A DNA stretch of 64,000 bases from Octopus bimaculoides (Eukaryota), in assembly GCF_001194135.2 (NCBI RefSeq), contig NC_068995.1, forward strand, positions 36,638,460 to 36,702,459. Reading direction: 5' to 3'. A program made the translations under genes and the position numbers. Below are positions 51,557-61,560 of this stretch, one piece after another. A model generated the notes under the pieces. It was not told the DNA's origin and made no database searches. It saw nothing but the letters and a program-made list of their open reading frames with translations. Position 1 is the stretch's first letter; each line of letters begins with the position of its first letter.

Positions 51557-51639
51557 CTGAAAATACAATCAGTTTAAACTTGCCAGTAAGTGGAAAAAAG
51601 AGTTATGCAGTAGTAGTTGTAGTAGTAGTAGTAGTCCTC

Positions 51640-52075
51640 TCAGCCAATACGTTGATTTTTAAAAGTTGCCAGATCTTGCGTCTACAAAGTTTGTAAGGAG
51701 CTAGAGACTGAAGATGGAAACATATCACTAGTATCAAAGCATAAAAAGCATTCTAAATGCTCTGAAATCATCAGAACACCTGAATTTATCCAGTTAGTTC
51801 AACAGACCATTGATTACAATCCCAGAAAGTCCATGAAGTCAACTGCAAAAGATCTCCATGTGTTACAAGGAACAGTCAGAAATGTTGTCCATGAAAACAT
51901 CAGATATAAGTCTTATATGATTAGGAAAGTCAATTTGTCAGAAAAAGCAAAAGAAAATGACTACCTCAGCTCTAAAAGGCTCTTAAACAAACTGAAAAAT
52001 CCAGAAGAAGATTTGATTTGGTTCTTCTCAAACGAGAAAAACTACAACCAAGAGCAAAAAGTTAACAGTTTTCAT
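51640..52075 (+). mobile_element. Tc1/mariner (maT-like) transposase N-terminal relic
   Basis: RTPEFIQLVQQTID.NPRKSMKSTAKDLHV..GTVRNVVHENIRYKSY...KRLLNKLKNPEEDLIWFFSNEKN (HTH region to first catalytic D region). Confidence 0.75.
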
Positions 52076-53050
52076 CATTCTTGACACAGTCAAGGAGATT
52101 TTGTGCAACTGAAATCCAAATTTTGTATTGATTTAGCTCATCTGTATATAGGAGTTCCAGTCCTAGACTCCTCTAATATAGCTAACAGATAACAAGTCTG
52201 AGACTCCTCTAATATAGCTGGGAGGATTCATAGTTTAGAACTGAGTCCTGATGGATACCAACTAGCATGCTTTCTTTCTTAGAGAACTCTTGTTAATTCT
52301 CACTTTGCACATGATTTTCAAGGTTTTTGCAACTATTCATCTTCATCTATCCCTTGTTTTCTTAGCAAGTATCAGGTTATATCGTGGATACTAATATAAA
52401 AGTATTTTCATATGCTTCTATTTGCAAAGATGCTTAAGCCTTCGTGTAAATATTGCTGCCTGTGTAGGCAACATCCCTACTCATATTGATCATCCAGCCT
52501 CAAATTCAGCCTAACACCATCAACATCAAGTCTGGTTACTCCCATGAAAAGACTACAGTTGTTTGTGTGTGTGTGAGGACATAAGTATATATTAGGGTAA
52601 ATAGGTTTTTTTTGTATGCACAAATATACATGTGCCTATATTATTTCAGTGTTTGCACATGTTTAAGGGTAGGTCTACTAATGTATCACTTATTGACTGC
52701 ATCTATTTATGGATATTTCGAATTTACTATATTGATTATTGATCAAATTTGGTATCTGTTTTCTATATATTATTTCATTTATTCATTTGCAATGGGTGCC
52801 TTAAATACAGAAGGCTCAAAAGAAATGAAGCAAACTTGCTCCAGTAGATGAACTCCAGAGCACACATGAGCTGAGAGAGAAACTGAGTATAAGAGGGATT
52901 AAGTGAAGTGTGCAAAAGAAAAAGATGTACTAGCACGGGTATGTGATGCATATAAAGGATGACAGCTGTATAAGGCAGTATTAAGCACTCAAAGAAGTGG
53001 GAGACCAAGAAAGACTTGGGACAAAGTAATGAAAACTGATCTGAAAAAAA

Positions 53051-53137
53051 ATCTAGCACTCCCACTCAGCTCAAAACAATATCTGTGTATCATGATTATT
53101 TCCCTTCATCAGCAGGGAATAATTGTTCAGCTAGAAG
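53051..53137. repeat. Partial 350-bp target unit ending in TSD copy (53124-53137)
   Basis: Homologous to 55201-55295. Confidence 0.85.
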
Positions 53138-54931
53138 TATATTCTTTATCACAGACACAAGACCTAAACACAGAGGGGACATACGGGAACAAAAAACACA
53201 TGAACGGATGAATGTAAAATGAACTAAATTAGAATAAAAATGAGACAGCTATTTCGCTCCCGCTCCGAAATGAAACCGTGAATTCATTTTTCCTTTAAAA
53301 CTTTACATTTTAAATAATAATTTCCAACCCCGCTCTGAGGCGAAACTGCGACTTCTCTTTCCGTTTTCACCTTACAATTTTAAAGAAAACGTTTTTAAAC
53401 AAATATTCATTTATATAGTTACAGGATTTACTTATTTCCTTTTACTTTTTTTTAAACCAAAAAGTTCAACCAAATATTTTTCTCAGTCTTTCACAGCCCC
53501 TAAAATAAATCATGACTTACCACTTCATCTCCTTTTCTTCCGCGTAATTCACCACCAAGGTGTGAGGTTCAATATCCACCTCCAGCCTCAGTGGGTTCAC
53601 TCTTTCATAATGTCTTTCAATTTTGAAATTCATTCAACTTTTAGGGTGTCCTACTTCATTTAAAAATCTTGCTCCTGCTTGTATCTTGTGTGTGTGTTTT
53701 TTTTGGCTCTGTATTTCTGTAATTCTTGGCTTCCGTGTGTCTGTGTCTGTGCTTTTGTTTGACTGTAATTCTGCGTGTTTCATCTGTGTGTCTATGTCTT
53801 TAGGTTTCTGTAATTTTGAGTTATCTTGTTTCTGTTCGTCTATACTTCTGTGTTTTTGCATGTCTATGTACTTGAGTGTCTGTGGGTCAGAATGTTTCTG
53901 TACTTGTAAGTCTTTTACTGGTGATCCTACTGGTAAATCTTCCCTGTTTCTTGTCATAGGTTGGGTTTCCTCTTCTGTTGCTTTGTACTTCTTCAATTCC
54001 ACTATCGTTGGTGACTTCCTCCTCTCTCCTTTTCTTGTTTTCACCTCCTCAAAGTTCCCATCTTGTTCTGTTATCTGTTTCTGCTGTTTCTCTACCATTC
54101 TATTCTCCTGAATACTCTCCTCTACAATTTCCACTGCTTCTCTAGAGCATTTCTTTCTCAAATGCTCTCTTTCACCACATTCGTAACACTTTGGGGGTCT
54201 CCCCTTTAACATAATCTCCAGCTTTTCTCCATTTGGTAGCTCTAAAGTTTCAGGTATTTCATTATAATATTTCAGGCTCACTGCACAGATTATCTCTAAT
54301 CCATAACCCCCACCACATCACTTGTTGAGTTCGGCTTATCGTGCCCATCCTCACATCTTTGCTTTCTCTCCTCATCTCTGAATAAAGAATCGCCACTATT
54401 ATCCACTCTAGTTCTATCGACGGTGGGATTCTTCCCATCCTAATTCTGACAATTCTTCTGTCCAAACAGTTTGGCATCAAAGTCCATTTTTCTCCCTGTA
54501 TCAGCCTGTTGGAGGCCTTTTCTGATAAAAAGGTTACTATTATCGACGCATATCTCTTTCCTCTTGTAAAGAACATTATGCTGTCTGCTATATGTTCTTC
54601 CAAAATTTCTTCTATTTCTGTGCGTTCAATTCTTCTATTTTTATTCAAAAATGTTCTGAATATGACCGTCTTCTTTTCCATTTTCACTTTTTCCTCCTCT
54701 GGCAGGGTCATTTTGATATTTGACCCTTCCTTCTCTACCATACTACTATATTTCTTTATCAACTCTCCATCCCAATGTAACATCTCCTGTTTCAGCACAC
54801 ATGGGTCTCGGGGAACTCGATCTCCAGTAGCTGCCACATAACTTCTCATTTTTCTCAGTTATTCACCACCACCCAACAATGGTGGCCTTGCACAAAAAAT
54901 TTGGCTAGAGTTCTTCAAAAAACAAAAAAAC
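53138..54931 (-). mobile_element. ORF1-only Tx1/L1-like retroposon, copy 1 (full length, ~1.8 kb)
   Basis: Bounded by tgttcag(c/g)taga(a/g)g direct repeats at 53124-53137 and 54932-54945; 82-nt leader, one frameshifted ORF, T-rich 3' UTR ending ..ataaagaat. Confidence 0.8.
53517..54849 (-). pseudogene. CCHC zinc-knuckle ORF1-like protein, frameshifted
   Basis: MRSYVAATG... then LEIMLKGRPPKCYECGEREHLRKKC (54147-54188); frameshifts near 54270 and 53630; reconstructed end ERVNPLRLEVDIEPHTLVVNYAEEKEMKW*. Confidence 0.8.
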
Positions 54932-55281
54932 TGTTCAGGTAGAGGTGGTGCTGCCAAATTCCCATTTGAAATATATAATTTTCAAAGTGACAACTAGTCG
55001 CTGATCTATAAATTAGAAAATTACTATTTGTAAATCTCACAATGAGAGATATTCAGCAACAGTACTTTGGAGTAAAGATTATTTGCCAACATAACATGGC
55101 AGTCCTAGTTATGACAAATGTTGCTGTAATTTAGCCCCAGGAGACATCGTCTCCAGCTGGCTATACGACACGATCTGTCCTTATATTTTTGAACAAGGGA
55201 ATCTAGCACCCCCATTCAGCTCAAAGCAATATCTGTGCATCATGATTTCCGGGTTATTTCCCTTTATCAGTACAAAATAAT
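54932..55281. repeat. Complete 350-bp tandem target unit
   Basis: Runs from one tgttcagg/c site (54932) to the next (55282); parts recur at 53051, 58769 and inverted at 58897-59030. Confidence 0.85.
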
Positions 55282-55295
55282 TGTTCAGCTATTGG

Positions 55296-56141
55296 TTTAT
55301 TCTTTATTCTAGACACAAGGCCCAAACACAGTGGGGACAAACAACAAGTGAAAATGAATGAATGAATATAATACAATGATATGAGACGGCTATCTCCGCC
55401 CCACTCCGAGACGAAACGGTGACCTCCTTTTTCCTTTCAAACCTACATTTCAATGAAAACGTTTTTATACAATTAAATCAAACATTCTTACAGTCTTTTC
55501 TCTCCCCCCCCCCTTTTTGTATCGTTCTTTTTCTTAAACGAACTCATATCCAATTAAAGTTAATACCATATAAATCCAGTAATTTATCATAGTCTATTCC
55601 GTCCGGTACTTCGTTTGTGTCAAATATCATTTTTCTGTATTCCGCGCTTTATTTACAGTCTCTATTTTCATTCTGTGTTCTGGCACCAATGTGCCTACAA
55701 CCATTTTTTCTTTTTTCATTCCCTTCATGTCTATCACTTTTTTCATCTTTCCATTGTACTAACTTATCCACCACATCCTTTCTTACATCTTTCAATGAAG
55801 CGCAAACAAAACAAGTGGGAAGGTCGTTTTGCGGTTATTTTTATGACTGCTGTTTTTTTTCTTTTTTGTGTCGGAGAGGAATGGGTTGGTTTGTTGTCTG
55901 CAGGGGGAGGGTGGGGTTGAGAGGGTATGGGTGGGGTTCACTTAAGCTGTCCTTTTTCCTCTTCCTCTGTTTTCTTCCTGTATTTTCCCATCAATCTTCC
56001 TCATTTCTTTCTTCTATCCTTTCCGGTTCCTTCTCTGCTCTTTCCTGGTTTGGCTTATTTTTCAGAGGGCAGTCCGCTTTCATCACTGTTTCTCCAACTG
56101 TCTCCAATTGTTTTCGTTTCACCTACATTTTCACTGGTATT
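55296..56141 (-). mobile_element. Copy 2: related element with the same 3' tail and insertion site but a different body, cut by the gap
   Basis: The first ~190 bp align with the 3' ends of copies 1, 3 and 4; the remainder does not. Confidence 0.65.
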
Positions 56142-56685
56142 NNNNNNNNNNNNNNNNNNNNNNNNNNNNNNNNNNNNNNNNNNNNNNNNNNNNNNNNNNN
56201 NNNNNNNNNNNNNNNNNNNNNNNNNNNNNNNNNNNNNNNNNNNNNNNNNNNNNNNNNNNNNNNNNNNNNNNNNNNNNNNNNNNNNNNNNNNNNNNNNNNN
56301 NNNNNNNNNNNNNNNNNNNNNNNNNNNNNNNNNNNNNNNNNNNNNNNNNNNNNNNNNNNNNNNNNNNNNNNNNNNNNNNNNNNNNNNNNNNNNNNNNNNN
56401 NNNNNNNNNNNNNNNNNNNNNNNNNNNNNNNNNNNNNNNNNNNNNNNNNNNNNNNNNNNNNNNNNNNNNNNNNNNNNNNNNNNNNNNNNNNNNNNNNNNN
56501 NNNNNNNNNNNNNNNNNNNNNNNNNNNNNNNNNNNNNNNNNNNNNNNNNNNNNNNNNNNNNNNNNNNNNNNNNNNNNNNNNNNNNNNNNNNNNNNNNNNN
56601 NNNNNNNNNNNNNNNNNNNNNNNNNNNNNNNNNNNNNNNNNNNNNNNNNNNNNNNNNNNNNNNNNNNNNNNNNNNNNNNNNNNNA

Positions 56686-58302
56686 AAGACATGCAGGAAC
56701 AAAAAACACATGAAGGAATGAATGTAAATGAATTAAATTTCAAAGAAAATGAGATGGTCATCTTGATCCTACTCCGAGATGAAACCATGAACTCCCTTTT
56801 TTTTTTTTCCTTTTTAAACCAACATTTTAGCTAACAATTTCCCACCCAGATCAGAGGGGAAACCGCGACTTACATCTTCCCTTTCACCTTACATTATAAA
56901 AAACCTTTTGAAAACCAGTTTACTCAACAGTTGCAAGATTTACTTGTTTTTCCATAAAAAGTTCAAATAAATGTTTTTCTCAGTTACAGTTTTTACAAAA
57001 ATATAACGACTTACCACTTCTCCTTTTCCATAATTCACCACCGAGGTGCGAGGTTCAGCATCTACCTCGGGCCTCAGTGGGTTCAGTCTCTCACAATGTG
57101 TTCATTTGACTGTAATTCTACGTGTTTCGTCTGTGTGTCTAAGTAATTCTAAGTTTCCGTAATTCTGGGTTGTCTTGTTTCTGTTCATTATTACTTTGTG
57201 TGCTTTTGCATGTCAATGTGTTTGAATGTGTGCTGGTCTGAATGACTCCGTACTTGTAAGTCCTTTACTGGTGATCCTACTGGTAAATCTTCTCCGATTC
57301 TCGTCATGGGTTGGGTTTCCTCTTCTATTGCTTTGCACTTCTTCAATTCCACTGTTGTCAGTGACTTCCTTCTTTCTCTTTTTCTGGGTTTCACCTCCGC
57401 AAAATTCCCATCATGTTCTGTTTTCCGTTTCTGTTTTTTTTCTACCATTATATCTCCCTGAACACTCTCCTCTACCATTTCCACTGCTGCTCTAGGGCAT
57501 TTCTTTCTCAAGTGCCCTCTTTCACCACATCTATAACACTTTGGGGGTCTCCCCTCCAACATTATTTCCAGCTTTTCTCCATTTGGTAGTTCCAAAGTTT
57601 CCGCCATTTCGTCATAATATTTCGGGCTCACTGCACATATTATCTCTACTCTGTAGCCCCAGCATTTCACTTGTTGTGTTCGGCTTATCATTCCAATCCT
57701 CAGGTCTTTGCTTTTCTTCCTCAGCTCTGAATTAAAAATTGCGGCTATTATCCATTCTGGGTCTACTGGCAGTGGGATTCTTCCCGCCCTAACCCTCACG
57801 ATTCTTTGCCCAAACAGTTTGGCATCAACGTCCATTTTTCTCCCTGTATCAGCCTGTTGTCGGTATTTTTTCACCTCCTCTGATACAAAGGTTACTACTA
57901 TTGACGCATATTTCCTTCCTCTTGTAAAGAACGTTATCCTTTCTCCTATTTGTTCCTCCAAGATTTCTTCTATCTCTTTCTGCGGTGCGTGTTCAATTCT
58001 CCTATTCATATTCGAAAATGTTCTGAATATGACCGTCTTGTTTTCCATTTTCCTTTTTTCCTCCTCTGGCAGGGTCATTTTTATATTTGACCCTTCTTTC
58101 TTTATCATACTATAATATTTGGTTATCAACCCCTCATTCCACTGTATCATCTCCAGCTTCAGCACACGTCAGTCTAGGGGAACTTGACCTCTAGTAGCCT
58201 CCACATAACTTTTCATTTTTCAATTCTTCACCACCACCCAATGATGGTGGCCTCCCTCGCACAAAAAAATTCCACTTAGAATTCTTCAAAAAACAACAAA
58301 AA
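56686..58302 (-). mobile_element. ORF1-only Tx1/L1-like retroposon, copy 3 (3' end in gap)
   Basis: Colinear with copy 1; its 5' end abuts TSD tgttcaggtagagg (58303-58316). Confidence 0.85.
57191..58216 (-). pseudogene. CCHC zinc-knuckle ORF1-like protein (324-aa open stretch; in-frame stop ~15 codons after the ATG at 58216)
   Basis: MKSYVEATRG...; LEIMLEGRPPKCYRCGERGHLRKKCP (CX2CX4HX4C at 57497-57538). Confidence 0.85.
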
Positions 58303-58316
58303 TGTTCAGGTAGAGG

Positions 58317-58754
58317 TTAACTCTTTATTACTGGCACAAGGCCTAAACACAGAGGGGACATATACAGACATGTGGGAACAAAAAACACATGAAAGGATGA
58401 ATGTGAAATGAATAAAATTACAATGCAAATGAGATAGCCATCTCGCTCCCACTGCAAGATGAAACTGTCCATTCCCTTTCCTTTAAACCTATAGGAAAGG
58501 GTTTCTTTTTCCTTTTTTAAACCAAAAAGTTCAACCAAATGTTTTTCAGTTTTCACAGTTTCTAATTAAATTACGACTTACTACTTCATCTTCTCCTTTT
58601 CGTCCATATAATTCACCACCGAGGTGCAAGGTTCAACATCTACCTCTGGCCTCAGTGGGTTCAGTCTCTCACAATGTCTTTCAATTTTGCAATTCTTTCA
58701 ACTTTTAGGGTGTCCTACTTCATTTAAAAATCTCACTCCTATTTGAATCTTGCG
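58317..58754 (-). mobile_element. Copy 4: 5'-truncated insertion in tandem with copy 3
   Basis: 3' ~440 bp of the element, flanked by tgttcaggtagagg (58303-58316) and tgttagggtagagg (58755-58768). Confidence 0.8.
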
Positions 58755-58867
58755 TGTTAGGGTAGAGGTGGCACTGCCAAATTCCCATTCGCAATATATA
58801 GTTTTCAAAGTGACAACTAGTCACTGATCTATAAATTAGAAAATTACTATTTGTAAATCTCTGTATG

Positions 58868-58923
58868 TTGCTGTAATTTAGCCCCAGGAGACATAGATGT
58901 CTCCTGGGGCTAAATTACAGCAA
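58868..58923. repeat. Perfect 27-bp-arm hairpin at the inversion point of the target array
   Basis: ttgctgtaatttagccccaggagacat-ag-atgtctcctggggctaaattacagcaa. Confidence 0.95.
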
Positions 58924-59329
58924 AATTCGTCCTAAACCAGGACTGTCATGTTATGTTGGCAAATATTTTTTACTCCAAAGTACTGTTGCTGAATATCTCT
59001 CGTTGTGAGATTTACAAATAGTAACTTTCTGTGCTGACCACATCATCTTTGTTATTCCTCTTCGTCACCCTAACTCATTCACGCTTCATAATTCTATGTA
59101 TAAAAGATTGCATTGGACTAGCCTTATCTGCCTATCAAATTAACTATAGCTTCGTCCTTCTGTACAACTAGCCATCACTCTTTCCCCTCTAGGCCACGGG
59201 TTACCTACCATACGTCACCTACCCTTACGTTTATCTTATTCCTTCTAGGCTACCTGTCACCACCGATACTTTTATCAACCGCTCCCCTCTCTCGCTTACA
59301 GTTCCAAGAACTATGTGTCTAACCCTAAC

Positions 59330-59360
59330 CCTATCCCGCCCACTCATTCTGGCCAATAAG
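59330..59360 (+). promoter_or_regulatory. GC-box plus CCAAT-box pair
   Basis: cccgccc (59335-59341) and ccaat (59353-59357) at the start of a CpG-retaining region. Confidence 0.25.
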
Positions 59361-60183
59361 ATCTCTCATTCGTCTTCCTCCTAATTTCTTCCATGGCTAC
59401 GAGCAAAACGTACCCGTCCTAGATTTGTTTTTAGGATTTTCCACGTTTTCGCTCAAAACTCCTTTCACCCATTTCCAGACTCGCTCTGTCATTATTTACT
59501 TTCGTATTTCTTCTTCCGCCTCCTCGATTAATACATCTTGTTCCAAGACTGGAAAGCTGGAACTAAATGTAACGATTAATAAAGTTTTCAGCAGCTTCCA
59601 ATAAATATGACTACATTTCGTATTAACTACTCTTTTGTCCTTGATAACATAGCGTTTTGCTTTTGTCTTCTTATACACCCCACACACACAATATATAAGA
59701 ATATATAATTATTTGTATATGTATGTGTCTCAGTGAGCCAGTATTATTCATGAGAAAGTATACATCAGTACTTATGTAATATTTGTGCGTATCCGTGTGT
59801 GAATGTGCTATTTGCGACTAACACTTTGATTGGTTTCAGTGTGTACATAAAAGAAAATATATAGAAAAAAAATAAATTATCCAATATTTGTAAATGCCAC
59901 TTGACGAACGTCGCATCTGAGTGAAAGAATGAGAAGAATAAAACAAAATCAGAGAGAGAAAGAGAAAGAAGGAAAGAGAGAAAGAATGAGAAGAATAAAA
60001 CAAAATCAAAGAGAGAAAGAATGGAATGAAAAGAATACGAAAAAAAATCTTATGAAATGAGGGAGGAGATTAAACAAAGGAGGAAGAGGAGAGGGAAGAA
60101 AAGCGATGAAGAAACTGCAGAAAAGAGGCTAGATAAGTGAGAAAATAGAAGGAAAGTAGAGGAAGAAGTAGAGTAGCCACCCC

Positions 60184-60186
<3 letters not shown>

Positions 60187-60229
<43 letters not shown>

Positions 60230-60245
60230 AGAGAGAGAGAGAGAG
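60187..60245. repeat. (TA)n(GA)n microsatellite
   Basis: Direct reading. Confidence 0.95.
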
Positions 60246-61354
60246 GGACACAAAGACAAACATACACCATGTGGTTGAATTGTTAGCGAGAAGCACTGAT
60301 AAAAAAAAACTTGGAATAGAAATGAACATCGTGCTAATTAATCGTTCACGCAACCTTTGCTCTTTGAAGAGTGTAAAATTTCATGTTGGTAGACGATAAG
60401 ATTAGTGAAGGCCATCATTAAGTACAAAACCAGTTTCGAAGTAGTAAAGTATAAAATCAACTGAATCAAACATCAGTATATTACTGGTACATGTTTTATC
60501 GATTTTTCAGAAGGATGAACGGAAGAGTCAACAAGAGTAGTGTTTGGACTTTTGGTTGCTGACTTTCTGCCAATTTGCAGCCAAGGAAAAAAAGAGGATT
60601 TCATAATTAAGTATGCTATCAAAGCTATTGAAGAGCCACGGTGGCATTTATATCTTCCTACAAGATTATTTCACGATAACGTCAAAGGGTCGCTAAATAA
60701 GAATAAACGAAAGGGGAAAACATATTGTGATACGTTCATCTCTGTCTTCATGTTCAGTACCAGGAAGAACCAATTACAAAGAAACCACGTCTCTCCTCCG
60801 ATTTGGTGAGAAGTTTAAGGCATGGTGAGAAATTTGAGCTCAGGACTATAAGCGAACCAATACTAACCAGTTGTACAGCAAGTTCGTTGGGTATGGAAAG
60901 TGAATAAAATATCACGTACGACCTACTTATTGTTAAATAGACTGTGATATCGAGACTTGAATGTTTTAAATAGTTTTGACAAAAATACAAAGCTACTGAC
61001 ACATAATGACGAATTGCAATAATGATAGCATCCTTTCATATCAAACAGATATGCAGAGAGAATTTGATGATAATTATGAATTTCCATATACACAAGAAAT
61101 TCTGTCCTTTTTTTTCAAGCAAGTGCTATTTTTATACTGATGACAAAGTGAACTAAGATAAAAGGGATCAGAGACTTACAGAATGTTTATGGAGGTTTGG
61201 CAGTGAGAGTTTTTCTCTTATAAGATAAACTATTTATAATAAATTAATGCCTTTATAGTATCTGTACCAGTGGCAATATTTCTGATACTTAACTAGAGTT
61301 AAGGTAATTCGTTCCAGTGATATTAAAATTCATTAAAAATTCGTACTGGTAATG

Positions 61355-61560
61355 AGCTGGCAGAATCTTTACCGTGCCGGTAAAAATGATTAGCAGCATT
61401 TTTTCCGGCCTTACGTTCTGAGTTCATATGTCATCAAGGTCAACTTTGCCTTTCATCTTTCCGGGGTCGATAAAATAAGTACCAACTAAACACTGGGATC
61501 GACGTAATAGGCTAGTCACCCGCTGAATATTTCAGACCTTGTGTCGTTAGTAGAAAGGAT
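61355..61560 (+). mobile_element. SINE family D (CpG-retaining copy)
   Basis: gagctggcagaatc...ttacgttctgagttca...gcctttcatctttccggggtcgataaaataagtacc...tagtagaaaggat. Confidence 0.85.

Noticed and set aside
53623-54111. Cys/Phe-rich plus-strand ORF (also 57708-58115 and 54509-54841)
   Set aside because: Antisense shadows of the Lys/Glu-rich ORF1.
55617-56834. 405-aa and neighbouring ORFs
   Set aside because: They span the 56142-56685 gap and low-complexity antisense sequence of the element.
59319-59333. ctaaccctaacccta telomere-like motif
   Set aside because: Only about two units; expected by chance or within repeats.
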